Positions 18,169 through 27,722 of a DNA stretch of 64,000 bases are shown in pieces. The translations under genes were made by a program, and so were the position numbers. The DNA lies in NCBI GenBank assembly GCA_036267875.1, contig DATAVE010000113.1, positions 48,881 through 112,880 on the forward strand. The letters are read 5' to 3'. Source of the DNA: Mycobacteriales bacterium (GTDB taxonomy: Bacteria > Actinomycetota > Actinomycetes > JAFAQI01). Below the pieces are notes generated by a model that was not told where the DNA came from, did not search any database, and saw only the letters and a program-made list of their open reading frames with translations. Every line of letters begins with the position of its first letter. Position 1 is the first letter of the stretch.

Positions 18169-19064
18169 GACGACCCGCTGATGACGCAGCGGAAGCCGAT
18201 GTGGCTCGTCGTACTGCGCACCGCCTGACCCTGTCGAGCCGGTGGCCGGTAGCGCTGACAGTACGACGGCGCGCACAGATGCGAGCCGCCCTTGATCGTG
18301 CGCCGGTCGCCCTCGGTGAGCGTCGACCCGCCGCAGCATGGATTGATGGACTCGGCGCCGGCGGAGTCGTCGTGGGTGTCGGTCCACGGTGAGGTGGTCC
18401 ACTCCCAGGCGTTGCCGATCATGTCGACCAAGCCCCAGGCGTTCGCTGGGTAGGACCCGATCGGAGAGGTGAACGGGTGGCGCGAATCGTCGTTGCGCCA
18501 AGGGAACTCGCCGAGCCAGATGTTCGCCATCGCCCGGCCGCGAGGCCGGAGCTCCTCGCCCCAGGAGTACGTCGATGTCGGGCTACCGGCGCGCGCTGCG
18601 TACTCCCACTGCTGCTCGGTCGGCAGCGACTTGCCGGCCCAGTCGGCGTAGGCCGTCGCGTCTTCGAAGGAGACATGGACAACCGGGTGTCGGTCCAGTC
18701 CGTCCAGCGTGCTGCTGGGGCCGCGCGGATGACGCCAGTCCGCTCCCGGCACCCATCGCCACCAGCGTTGCCAGTCGTCGAGCGGCACTGGTCCGTCGCT
18801 CTGCATGAAGACCAACGACCCTGCGACCAGGTCGGCGGCGCTTGCCCCTGGAAAGTCCTGCGGATCGGGTGACTTCTCGGCAGTCGTGACCCAGCCCGTC
18901 GCCTTCACGAATCTGCGGAACTCCGCGTTCGTCACTGGGTGCTCATCGATCAAGAACGTGTCCACGCTGATCGGGTGAGCCGGCCGCTCCTCCGGGTAGG
19001 CAGTGTCGCTGCCCATGACGAACTCCCCGCCGGGGACAGCGATCATGCCCTTCACCAGGCGCAC
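18165..19064 (-). CDS. Formylglycine-generating enzyme (FGE/SUMF1) family protein
   Basis: FGE-sulfatase domain hallmarks: PVTNAEF, RLPTEAEWEYAARAG-like LPTEQQWEYAARAG, GNAWEWT, and a C-terminal Cys pair region. Confidence 0.85.
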   Translation of the reverse strand: MRLVKGMIAVPGGEFVMGSDTAYPEERPAHPISVDTFLIDEHPVTNAEFRRFVKATGWVTTAEKSPDPQDFPGASAADLVAGSLVFMQSDGPVPLDDWQRWWRWVPGADWRHPRGPSSTLDGLDRHPVVHVSFEDATAYADWAGKSLPTEQQWEYAARAGSPTSTYSWGEELRPRGRAMANIWLGEFPWRNDDSRHPFTSPIGSYPANAWGLVDMIGNAWEWTTSPWTDTHDDSAGAESINPCCGGSTLTEGDRRTIKGGSHLCAPSYCQRYRPPARQGQAVRSTTSHIGFRCVISGSS

Positions 19065-19114
19065 GGTAGTCGGGCTTGGGAGGGTGACGGACGCAAGCGT
19101 CGAAGGAATGGTTC

Positions 19115-20656
19115 ATGAGGTCTCGTCGCTCGATCTGGCTGGCCACGGCTGCGATCGCTTTCTCCGTCGCCGCACCTGCAGTGTCAGCCGGCGCGGTCGC
19201 GGGAGGTGGCGAGCCGAAAGACCGGGCGACCTCGTTCAACCTCGCGGTCGAAGCAGAGGACTACTCGAACGTCCTCGAGCGGCAAAGCCTCTATCTCCAG
19301 CCCGGCTATCAGGTTCAGTTTCGGCTGATCGGCGCGCAGAACGCCGCCGCTGCCGCGCAGATCGAGCTGCACGATCCCCAGCGGGAGTTCGTGTCGGACC
19401 TGTGCTGGAACGGCCTCGACGCGTGCGCGGGCGACACCCGGCTCTACGACTGGGAGACCAACGGCGACGGCATCGTCCGGCCTTTTGTGTTCACCGCTCG
19501 AAACGGCGCGCAGCTGTCCGGTCATGTATGGGCGACCCGAAGCGGTCCGGCGAAGCGCCCCGGCGTGGTCATCACTGACGGCTCGGTGCAGGCCGATGAG
19601 CAGATGTACTGGTTCGCGGCGCAGGCGCTCGCCAAGGACGGGTACGTCGTGATGACGTTCGACCCGCAGGGTCAAGGACAGTCGGACACTCTTGGCCAGG
19701 GCAAGGACGTGCTCGAAGGTGTCCCTGCACAGACCGACGGTCGCCCGTTCTTCGACGGCACCGAGGACGCCATCAACTTCTTCCTCTCGACTCCGTCGCA
19801 CCCCTACGAGCCCGTCGCATCGTGCAACAGCGGCACGAGCCATTCGGCGTACCAAGACTCGCGGGTGAAGGCAGGCTTCGATGCGGCGTACAACCCGTTC
19901 TGGACCATCTTGAACTCCAAGGAGCTCGGGATCGCCGGTCACTCCTACGGCGCGGCGGCGGTCTCCTACATCGCGCAGTGGGACAAGCGGGTGAAGGCGG
20001 TCGTCGCCTGGGACAACCTCGGCGCACCGCAAGCGAGTGGCGGGGAGGCCGAGAAGGGCTGCGTCGATGCGGCCGACCGGCGTACCGCGAAGATCCACGT
20101 GCCCGGACTCGGGATGTCCGCGGACTACGGACTACCGCCGACTCCGCACACCTCGCTGCCGAACTACAACGCGAAGGACATCGAGTCGCTGATCTACTCC
20201 AAGGATCACGTGGACTCCGGTCAGATCGTGATCCGTGGCGGCAGCCACCTGGACTTCTCGTTCATCCCGAACCCGGCGTTCGGCGCCTCGCTCTACGGCC
20301 CCGACATGGTCGCTTGGTACACCGACGCGTGGTTCGACTACTACGTCAAACACCACGCCTCGGCGTATGACCGGCTGGTGACCACGCGTTGGCAGCACGA
20401 CCCGGTCGAAGCCAAGATCGATGCCTTCCATGACGCGAACATGTTCAGCTTCTACTACCGGTCCCGGATGGACATTCACGCGCCGGACGAAGAGCGCTTC
20501 GACTGTGAGGACCTGCGCCACGGCTGCAAGGGGATGACCAGCCACGACGGCTACAAGGGGGTCTGGTCCTACGCGAAGGTCGACACGACCAAGGACGGTC
20601 CGGCCACCCATCCCGTCCCGAAGGGCACCGGTATCTATCTCCCCGATGCCTCATGA
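19115..20656 (+). CDS. Secreted alpha/beta hydrolase (esterase/lipase-like)
   Basis: Signal peptide (AAPAVSAGA) and GxSxG nucleophile elbow GIAGHSYGAAA. 513 aa. Confidence 0.7.
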   Translation: MRSRRSIWLATAAIAFSVAAPAVSAGAVAGGGEPKDRATSFNLAVEAEDYSNVLERQSLYLQPGYQVQFRLIGAQNAAAAAQIELHDPQREFVSDLCWNGLDACAGDTRLYDWETNGDGIVRPFVFTARNGAQLSGHVWATRSGPAKRPGVVITDGSVQADEQMYWFAAQALAKDGYVVMTFDPQGQGQSDTLGQGKDVLEGVPAQTDGRPFFDGTEDAINFFLSTPSHPYEPVASCNSGTSHSAYQDSRVKAGFDAAYNPFWTILNSKELGIAGHSYGAAAVSYIAQWDKRVKAVVAWDNLGAPQASGGEAEKGCVDAADRRTAKIHVPGLGMSADYGLPPTPHTSLPNYNAKDIESLIYSKDHVDSGQIVIRGGSHLDFSFIPNPAFGASLYGPDMVAWYTDAWFDYYVKHHASAYDRLVTTRWQHDPVEAKIDAFHDANMFSFYYRSRMDIHAPDEERFDCEDLRHGCKGMTSHDGYKGVWSYAKVDTTKDGPATHPVPKGTGIYLPDAS

Positions 20657-22047
20657 GGCGATGGCGAATCCTCGCGGCCGGCACCGTCTTAGCGGCGACG
20701 ACCGCGATCGCCGGCGTCTCGAGCGCATCGCCTGCTCACATCGCCTCAGGTGCGCACGGCGACGTCGTCCTGATGCACAGCGCTGACGGGATCACCGTCA
20801 GGAGCGTCAAGGTGATCGACGCCCGACAGCTCTCGGTCACGATCGTGCCGAAGGCGCTGGCGCGGCCGATCAACGTCCGGATTCTGTTGCCGATCGACTA
20901 CCAGCCGCACGCCGACGAGCCGTATCCGGTGCTCTACCTCTTCCCGGGTACGAGCGGTCACAGCTCGGACTGGATGACCGTCGGTGATGCACCGAAGACG
21001 ACCGCGCCGTACCGGCTGATCACCGTCAGCTCCGACATCGGCTTTGACGGCGATGGCGGCAGCTGGTTCACCGACTGGGTCGACCAGAAGACCGCGCTCG
21101 GGCCGTCGCAGTGGGAGACGTACGACATCCACGAGCTGATCCCGTGGGTCGACGCGAACCTCGACACCATCCGCTCGCGTCAGGGCCGGGCCGTCGCCGG
21201 GCTGTCGATGGGCGGCTATGGCGCGACAGAGCTTGCGGCGCGGCACCCCGATCTGTTCGTGCAGCAGGCGGCGTTCTCCGGCGCTCCCGAGATCGATCGC
21301 GACCTCGAGGCGCGCCTCGGGGCCGAGGCCGTCATCGGCGCCACGATGGTGGGGCTCAACGGTGTCGAGGCGAACGCGCCGTTCGGCAATCACATCAGCG
21401 ACGAGATCAACTGGGAAGGCCACGACCCGGCCCGACTGATCACGAACCTTCGGCCGATCAAGCTGTGGTTCGCGACGGCCAACGGACTGCCCGGCCAGTA
21501 CGACGACCCGGTGACGAACCCCGGCGGCTATGTCAGCTCCGGGACGATCGAGAGCTTGACCCACATCTCGACGGACCTGTTCGTCAAGCACCTCAAAGAG
21601 GCGCACATGACGGCCTACGTCTACGACTACGGCAGGGGCACCCACACTTGGCCGTACTGGGCTCGGGACTTCAAGAAGTTCATCCCGACGTTGATGGCGA
21701 CCTTCGCTCACCCGCCGGCGACACCGAAGCGCACCAGCTACCTGACGATCAACCCGCAGTGGTCGCAGTGGGGCTGGACGGTCAGGATCAAACGGCCCGA
21801 GGCGCTGGCTTTCGCCAAGATCAGCCGCGCGGACGACACCGGCTTCGACCTCGGTGGCGAAGGCACCGCAACTGTCGTGACGCCGCGGTACACCGAACCG
21901 GGCGCGACGAACGCCGTGACGATCAGCAACGACAAGCAGACGGTGGTCAGCGATCAGCAGGGCCGGCTGCATCTCACGGTCCAGCTCGGGACCAAGGCGA
22001 GCAAGGTCGCGGTGCGGTTCAGGGAGATCGAAGCAGGTCACGGATGA
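20653..22047 (+). CDS. Secreted esterase family protein (Ag85 / S-formylglutathione-hydrolase fold)
   Basis: Signal peptide and the putative-esterase motif GLSMGGYGA with an LYLFPG-type N-terminal region. 464 aa. Confidence 0.75.
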   Translation: MRRWRILAAGTVLAATTAIAGVSSASPAHIASGAHGDVVLMHSADGITVRSVKVIDARQLSVTIVPKALARPINVRILLPIDYQPHADEPYPVLYLFPGTSGHSSDWMTVGDAPKTTAPYRLITVSSDIGFDGDGGSWFTDWVDQKTALGPSQWETYDIHELIPWVDANLDTIRSRQGRAVAGLSMGGYGATELAARHPDLFVQQAAFSGAPEIDRDLEARLGAEAVIGATMVGLNGVEANAPFGNHISDEINWEGHDPARLITNLRPIKLWFATANGLPGQYDDPVTNPGGYVSSGTIESLTHISTDLFVKHLKEAHMTAYVYDYGRGTHTWPYWARDFKKFIPTLMATFAHPPATPKRTSYLTINPQWSQWGWTVRIKRPEALAFAKISRADDTGFDLGGEGTATVVTPRYTEPGATNAVTISNDKQTVVSDQQGRLHLTVQLGTKASKVAVRFREIEAGHG

Positions 22048-22375
22048 CCACTGCGCTGGAGTGCTCCAGGTCCTTGGTCGCGGTCAGCAGGACGATGTTG
22101 CTCGAGGTTGCTCGTTCACGCAGTGATGCCAATAGCCGAGCCGGTTCGCCGGTCGTGAGCTCCAGTCGGTAGCGACGCGAGAACTCGTCGTACTTGTCGA
22201 CCTCGTGGGAGTACCACTTGCGGAGATCGGGCGTCGGCGCGATGTCGCGTAGCCATTCCTGGAAGGGTGCATCCGCCTTTGCGAGGCCACGCGGCCACAG
22301 CCGATCGATCAGGAAGCCGTTGGCGGGATCGGCACCGCGGACGTCGTACACCCGCGCGATCTCCACTGCCATCAA
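22019..22375 (-). CDS. DUF488 family protein
   Basis: About 118 aa resembling DUF488 (YeaO-like: RVYD...WPRG...W...AP...LR..Y). Convergent 3' overlap with the esterase. Confidence 0.7.
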   Translation of the reverse strand: MMAVEIARVYDVRGADPANGFLIDRLWPRGLAKADAPFQEWLRDIAPTPDLRKWYSHEVDKYDEFSRRYRLELTTGEPARLLASLRERATSSNIVLLTATKDLEHSSAVVIRDLLRSP

Positions 22376-22430
22376 CGCAGTGTCGCACCGCGGGTAACGT
22401 GACCGGGGCTAGTGAATCGGGGACCAGTAC

Positions 22431-23426
22431 GTGGCACGGGTAAGGGTGGCCAAGAAGGCTGCGGTTGAGCCGGCAGTGACGGTTCGCGGGCTTGTGAAGC
22501 GGTACGGCGAGATCGAAGCGGTGCGCGGCATCGATCTTGATGTCATTCCCGGCGAGGTCTTCGGCTTCCTTGGCCCTAACGGCGCCGGTAAGTCGACGAC
22601 GATCAAGATCCTCTGCACGCTCGTGAAGCCGACCGCGGGAACTGCGACGGTCGCCGGGCTCGACGTCGGAACACAGCGGACCGCTGTACGTCGGCAGATC
22701 GGTCTCGTATTTCAGGAGCCGACGCTCGATGAGTACCTGACCGCGGAACAGAACCTCAGATTCCATGCCGCGATCTATGGCATGCCACGACGCGCGGTTG
22801 CGGCACGGGTCGACTCGGTGCTCGATCTCGTCGGCCTGGCCGACCGTAAGACCTCACCCGTGCGGACGTTCTCCGGTGGGATGAAGCGCCGCCTCGAGAT
22901 TGCTCGTGGCCTGCTGCACTCGCCGCGGGTGCTGTTCCTCGACGAGCCGACGATCGGGCTGGACCCGGAGTCACGGCAGGACCTGTGGGGCTATGTCGAC
23001 GAGCTTCGTAGACGTGAGGACATCACGGTCTTCCTTACGACGCACTACATGGACGAGGCCGAGCGATGCGACCGGATCGCGATCATCAACCACGGAACGA
23101 TCGTGGCGCTGGGGACGCCGGCTGAGCTCAAGGCCGGTGTGGGAGATGACCTGGTCCGGGTCGTCACTGCAGATAACGACGCGGCGATTCTGACGATCAA
23201 GAAGAGGTTGAAGGTCGACGCGACCGTCGACGGCAACGCGTTGCTGGTCAGCGTGCCTGACGGTGAAGGGTTCGTGCCGAAGCTGTTCGGAATCGGGATC
23301 TCGGTGACCTCGGTCAGCGTGTCTCGGCCGACGCTGGATGACGTGTTCATGGCGCACGCCGGCCGCCGGATCGGCGACGAGCCTGCAGTCACCGGGCGAC
23401 GCTGGATGCAGGCGATGAGCCGATGA
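22431..23426 (+). CDS. ABC transporter ATP-binding protein (DrrA-like exporter ATPase)
   Basis: Walker A GPNGAGKST, signature FSGGMKRRLEIARGL, Walker B LFLDEPT. Confidence 0.9.
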   Translation: MARVRVAKKAAVEPAVTVRGLVKRYGEIEAVRGIDLDVIPGEVFGFLGPNGAGKSTTIKILCTLVKPTAGTATVAGLDVGTQRTAVRRQIGLVFQEPTLDEYLTAEQNLRFHAAIYGMPRRAVAARVDSVLDLVGLADRKTSPVRTFSGGMKRRLEIARGLLHSPRVLFLDEPTIGLDPESRQDLWGYVDELRRREDITVFLTTHYMDEAERCDRIAIINHGTIVALGTPAELKAGVGDDLVRVVTADNDAAILTIKKRLKVDATVDGNALLVSVPDGEGFVPKLFGIGISVTSVSVSRPTLDDVFMAHAGRRIGDEPAVTGRRWMQAMSR

Positions 23427-24292
23427 CGATGACTGCGACTTCACACGACGTTGCTCCGGTGGCGGCTGCCGGAAGTGGCTTCACTCACGAGTTGCGCGCC
23501 GTATGGATCGTCTGGCTGCGTGACATGAGCCGGGTCTGGGGTGACAAGGCCCGGTTGGTCTCGACGCTGCTACAGCCGTTGCTGTTTCTGTTCGTGTTGG
23601 GCGCGGGGCTGTCATCGGCGGTCAGCGGTGGCACCGGCGGCGCGGACTTCAAGACATTCCTGTTTCCGGGCGTGATCATCACTGGCGTCTTGTTCACGGC
23701 GGTGTTCTCGGCGATCTCGATCGTGTGGGACCGCGAGTTCGGATTTCTGCGCGAGATGCTCGTCGCGCCGATCTCGTCGTCGAGCATCGTGATCGGCAAG
23801 TGCCTCGGTGGCGCGACCATCGCGACGGTTCAGAGCATCCTGATCATCGCGCTCGCCGGGACGGTCCACGTGCCGTACCACGTCGGTTTGCTCTTTGGCC
23901 TGCTCGGCATCGTGTTCGCAACGTCGTTCACGATGACTGCGTTTGGCCTGGTACTCGCCGCGCGAGTCAAGAGCGTTCAGACGGTGATGCCGCTGATCAA
24001 CATGCTGCTGCTGCCGCTGAGCTTTCTGTCGGGTTCGCTGTTCCCACTTGGTCCGCAGGCACCGCGGTGGCTCGACATCGTCGCCCGGTACAACCCGCTG
24101 AGCTACGCCGTGACGGCGTCGCGCACCCTCGTCGTTCGCAACCTGCCGCAGAACAGCCCGACCCGGTTGCTCTTTCATGGCCTCACCTGGTTTGGGTGGC
24201 CGGTCCCAGGATGGCTCGACGTGATCGTCGTGTTCGGCGTGGGGCTCGGTCTACTCGCTATCGCCTGTGCCATGTTCTCCCGCACCGAGTAA
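23423..24292 (+). CDS. ABC-2 type transporter permease (DrrB-like)
   Basis: Six TM helices with ABC-2 topology. ATGA overlap with the ATPase. Confidence 0.85.
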   Translation: MTMTATSHDVAPVAAAGSGFTHELRAVWIVWLRDMSRVWGDKARLVSTLLQPLLFLFVLGAGLSSAVSGGTGGADFKTFLFPGVIITGVLFTAVFSAISIVWDREFGFLREMLVAPISSSSIVIGKCLGGATIATVQSILIIALAGTVHVPYHVGLLFGLLGIVFATSFTMTAFGLVLAARVKSVQTVMPLINMLLLPLSFLSGSLFPLGPQAPRWLDIVARYNPLSYAVTASRTLVVRNLPQNSPTRLLFHGLTWFGWPVPGWLDVIVVFGVGLGLLAIACAMFSRTE

Positions 24293-24310
24293 TCCGTCGC
24301 ATAATCGGGC

Positions 24311-24568
24311 GTGGCGATCACCGAGGCTGGTCCCGCGTCGTTGCGCGACGAGCAGCCGGGGTTCGACTGGCGGCTCGCGCTCACCTGGCTCGTCGTCTCC
24401 TATGGGATGTTTCTCACCTACGAGTGGGTGCACTTCCTGATCCACTCCAGCTACAGGCCGAAGCGCTGCCACGTGCTGCGGACTTTCCCGGAGAAGGACG
24501 AGGTGCCCGTGTCCGAGACCGCATTCACCCTCGGCGTAGACGTTGCGACCATGGAGGCAGCCGCGTGA
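24311..24568 (+). CDS. Hypothetical small protein (one predicted TM helix)
   Basis: 85 aa with a hydrophobic helix (LALTWLVVSYGMFLTYEWVHFLI). Its stop TGA overlaps the P450 GTG start (GTGA). Confidence 0.4.
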   Translation: MAITEAGPASLRDEQPGFDWRLALTWLVVSYGMFLTYEWVHFLIHSSYRPKRCHVLRTFPEKDEVPVSETAFTLGVDVATMEAAA

Positions 24569-26010
24569 GCGACGCAACCGTCTCGACTACCTGGAAGCAC
24601 CCGGACAAGGTTCGGCCGGCAGCGCTTCCGGGCGCCAGCCGCCTGAGCGTCAGCCTCGACCGCGTCTCGCAGCGCCCACGACCGCTCGCCGTGCCGCCGG
24701 CCGAGTCGACTCTCGAGCCGGTTCCCGGTAACAAGGGCTTTCCGCTCGTCGGCTCGACCTTCAGCTTCATGTTGGGCGGCCCCGACTTCACGCGCAGGGT
24801 GTACGACCAGTACGGACCGGTCACCTGGATCAAGTCGCTCGGACTCGACCTGGTCATGGCGCTGGGTCCCGACGCGACGCAGTCGGTGCTGGTCAACGCC
24901 GACAAGGCGTACTCGCAGTCGGGCTGGGAGTGGTTCATCGGTCCGTTCTTCCGCCGCGGGCTGATGCTGCTCGACTTCGACGAGCACCTGCTGCACCGCC
25001 GGATCATGCAGGAAGCCTTCACCCGGCCGAGGCTCACCGGCTACCTCGAACGGACCGACGAGCTCGTCTCGAAGGACGTGGCCGGCTGGCCGACCGAGGG
25101 TCGGATGTTCGCCTACCCGACGCTGAAGCGGCTGTCGCTCGACATCGCGACCCACATCTTCATGGGGGACTCGACCGGCGAGGACGACGCCAAGTTGCAG
25201 ACCGCCTTCATCGACACCGTGCGGGCCGGCACATCAGTGATCCGCGCCGACGTACCTGGTCTGCGCTGGCACCGCGGGCTCGAGGGCCGCAAGGTGCTCG
25301 AGGACTACTTCCGGACGAAGCTGCCGGCGAAGCGGGCCAACGAGACCGAGGACCTGTTCTCCGCGCTGTGCCACGTCGAGACAGACGCCGGCGCGACGTT
25401 CAGTGACGACGACGTCGTCAATCACATGATCTTCCTGATGATGGCCGCGCACGACACGACGACGATCACGACCTCCGCTGTACTCGCTGCACTCGCAGCG
25501 AATCCGGAGTGGCAGGAGAAGGCGCGCGAACAGTCTCTCGCCCATGAGGACCTGTCGATCGATGCGCTGGACGAGCTCACCGTGTTGGACCTGGTCATCA
25601 AGGAGGCGCTGCGGCTGACTGCGCCCGTGCCGTCGATGGTGCGCAAGACGGTGAAGGACACGGACCTGCTAGGGCACTACGTCCCGGCCAATACGTTCGT
25701 CTCGGTGTCGCCGTGGTTCAGCCACTACATGCCCGAGGTATGGACCAAGCCGGAGACCTTCGACCCCGAGCGGTTCGCCGACCCGCGCAACGAGGACAAG
25801 GTTCATCGCTACGCCTGGGTGCCTTTCGGTGGCGGGGCGCACAAGTGCATCGGGATGTACTTCGGGACCCAGGAGGTCAAGATCCTGGTCCACCACCTGC
25901 TTCGCCGCTACCGCTGGACGACGCCGCCCGGTTATGTCGTGCCGTGGGACCTCCTCTCACTGCCGATGCCCGCAGACGGACTGCCGCTGGAGCTTCACCC
26001 CCTCACCTAG
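24565..26010 (+). CDS. Cytochrome P450
   Basis: Heme-binding loop FGGGAHKCIG, EALR (ExxR) motif, and an AAHDTT I-helix. GTG start at 24565; the track ORF from 23725 is over-extended. Confidence 0.9.
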   Translation: MSDATVSTTWKHPDKVRPAALPGASRLSVSLDRVSQRPRPLAVPPAESTLEPVPGNKGFPLVGSTFSFMLGGPDFTRRVYDQYGPVTWIKSLGLDLVMALGPDATQSVLVNADKAYSQSGWEWFIGPFFRRGLMLLDFDEHLLHRRIMQEAFTRPRLTGYLERTDELVSKDVAGWPTEGRMFAYPTLKRLSLDIATHIFMGDSTGEDDAKLQTAFIDTVRAGTSVIRADVPGLRWHRGLEGRKVLEDYFRTKLPAKRANETEDLFSALCHVETDAGATFSDDDVVNHMIFLMMAAHDTTTITTSAVLAALAANPEWQEKAREQSLAHEDLSIDALDELTVLDLVIKEALRLTAPVPSMVRKTVKDTDLLGHYVPANTFVSVSPWFSHYMPEVWTKPETFDPERFADPRNEDKVHRYAWVPFGGGAHKCIGMYFGTQEVKILVHHLLRRYRWTTPPGYVVPWDLLSLPMPADGLPLELHPLT

Positions 26011-26071
26011 TCGTTGCGGTGGTGATCACCGGGCATAGCGTCAGGACCGGGGAACGACGAGGGAGTCCGAC

Positions 26072-27118
26072 GTGAAAGCGTGCACGGTCAAGCCTGGCGA
26101 TGTCTCGACCGCTGGTGTCGAGGAGATTCCCGAGCCGCCGGAGTCCGACGGCGAGGTGCTCGTCGAGGGCCTGTACGTCGGGATCTGCGGCACCGACGTC
26201 GAGATCTCCGTCGAGGGGTACGGCGAGCCGCCCGCCGGACACGACCGGCTGGTGCTGTTCCACGAGTCGCTCGGCAGCGTCATGGAAGCGCCCGAGGGTT
26301 CGGGACTGACCAAGGGCGATCTCGTCGCCGGAGTCGTACGCCGACCGGACCCGGTGCCGTGCGAGCCGTGCTCGAAGGACCAGTGGGACTTCTGCCGTAA
26401 CGGCCAGTTCACCGAGCGCGGCATCAAGGCCCACGACGGCTACGGCTCGCAGCGCTGGCGCGTGGCGCCGAAGTTTGCGATCAAGCTCGACCCGGATCTC
26501 GGCAAGCTCGGGGTCCTGCTCGAGCCGACGTCGGTCGTCGCAAAGGCGTGGGACCAGGTCGGCAAGATCGCGGCGCGATCGGCCTGGACTCCCGAGACCG
26601 TGCTCATCACCGGCGCCGGTCCGATCGGTCAGCTCGCCGCGCTGATCGGCCGGCAGAAGGGGCTTGCCGTCACTGTCCTCGACCGCGTCACCGACGGCCC
26701 GAAGCCTGGGATGGTCGCCGAGCTCGGTGCGTCGTACATCACGTCGCTGGACGAGTTGAAGACCCCGCCCGACATCGTGATCGAGGCGACCGGGATCGGG
26801 CAGGTTGTGTTCGACGTCGTCGGGCGAGCCGCTCCTGACGCCATCGTGTGCCTGACCGGGATCTCGTCGGGCACCCGTGAGATGTCGCTGGCCGCCGACG
26901 CCGTCAACAAGGCGATCGTGCTGTCCAACGAGGTCGTGTTCGGATCGGTCAACGCCGGCCTCGCCAACTATCAGCAGGCGGCTGAGGCTTTGTCGAAGGC
27001 TGATAACGAATGGCTGGCGAAGATCATCACTCGCACCGTGCCGATGGCCGAGTGGGCGCAGGCCCTGAAGCGGCAGCCGGACGACATCAAGGTCGTTGTC
27101 GATCTGCAGGCTGCATAA
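26072..27118 (+). CDS. Zinc-binding MDR dehydrogenase (glucose 1-dehydrogenase-like)
   Basis: GICGTDVEI plus CEPC structural-zinc region, GAGPIGQLA Rossmann motif. 348 aa. Confidence 0.8.
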   Translation: MKACTVKPGDVSTAGVEEIPEPPESDGEVLVEGLYVGICGTDVEISVEGYGEPPAGHDRLVLFHESLGSVMEAPEGSGLTKGDLVAGVVRRPDPVPCEPCSKDQWDFCRNGQFTERGIKAHDGYGSQRWRVAPKFAIKLDPDLGKLGVLLEPTSVVAKAWDQVGKIAARSAWTPETVLITGAGPIGQLAALIGRQKGLAVTVLDRVTDGPKPGMVAELGASYITSLDELKTPPDIVIEATGIGQVVFDVVGRAAPDAIVCLTGISSGTREMSLAADAVNKAIVLSNEVVFGSVNAGLANYQQAAEALSKADNEWLAKIITRTVPMAEWAQALKRQPDDIKVVVDLQAA

Positions 27119-27120
27119 CG

Positions 27121-27708
27121 ATGTCGCTGGCGTTGCTGGACTGGCGTCGCTCGGTTGCGGCGCTCTACCGAGAGGTCCGCGCAACCCAGGATCCGGCGGC
27201 CGCCCACCAGCTCTGGTGCGAGGGACGGCAGGCGCTGTTCTCGGCGCACCCCGAGTCGGCCGACCGTGGTGCGAAGCTCCGCGTCGCTGACTACGACCCG
27301 GACTGGTGCTTCGAGGTTGCCCTCGCAGGCACCGAGCCGCTACGGATCGAGGTCGCGACAGCGACTGATGGTGTCGTGCCGTTCGAGCGGATCGGTCGCG
27401 CCGAGCTACCCGGACTCGGCGCTCTCGACGTGTGGTGGCTCGACTCCTACGGCGGTGGCGTGTGGCTGCCATTTCGTGACACATCGCCGGACACCTACGG
27501 TGGCGGTCGCTACCTGCTCGACACCGTCAAGGGCGCTGACCTCGGCGGGTCGTTCGACCCCGGGAGCGGGTCGGCGACGCTCGTCGTCGATCTCAACTTC
27601 GCCTACAACCCCTCGTGCGCGTACGACGAGCGGTGGGTCTGTCCGCTGGCCCCCGAGGGCAACCGGCTCGCGATCCCGGTGCCGGTCGGGGAGCAGCTGG
27701 CGGGCTAG
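27121..27708 (+). CDS. DUF1684 domain-containing protein
   Basis: Start at MSLALLDWRR (27121). Conserved DUF1684-like C-terminus (NFAYNPSCAYDERWVCPL). Confidence 0.7.
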   Translation: MSLALLDWRRSVAALYREVRATQDPAAAHQLWCEGRQALFSAHPESADRGAKLRVADYDPDWCFEVALAGTEPLRIEVATATDGVVPFERIGRAELPGLGALDVWWLDSYGGGVWLPFRDTSPDTYGGGRYLLDTVKGADLGGSFDPGSGSATLVVDLNFAYNPSCAYDERWVCPLAPEGNRLAIPVPVGEQLAG

Positions 27709-27722
27709 TGGCCCGGTTGTCG

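Noticed and set aside
19184-22041. Minus-strand ORFs 19184-20098 and 20746-22041 (304 and 431 aa)
   Set aside because: Antisense to the two secreted hydrolase genes, which have signal peptides and GxSxG motifs. Arg/Val/Asp-rich artefacts.
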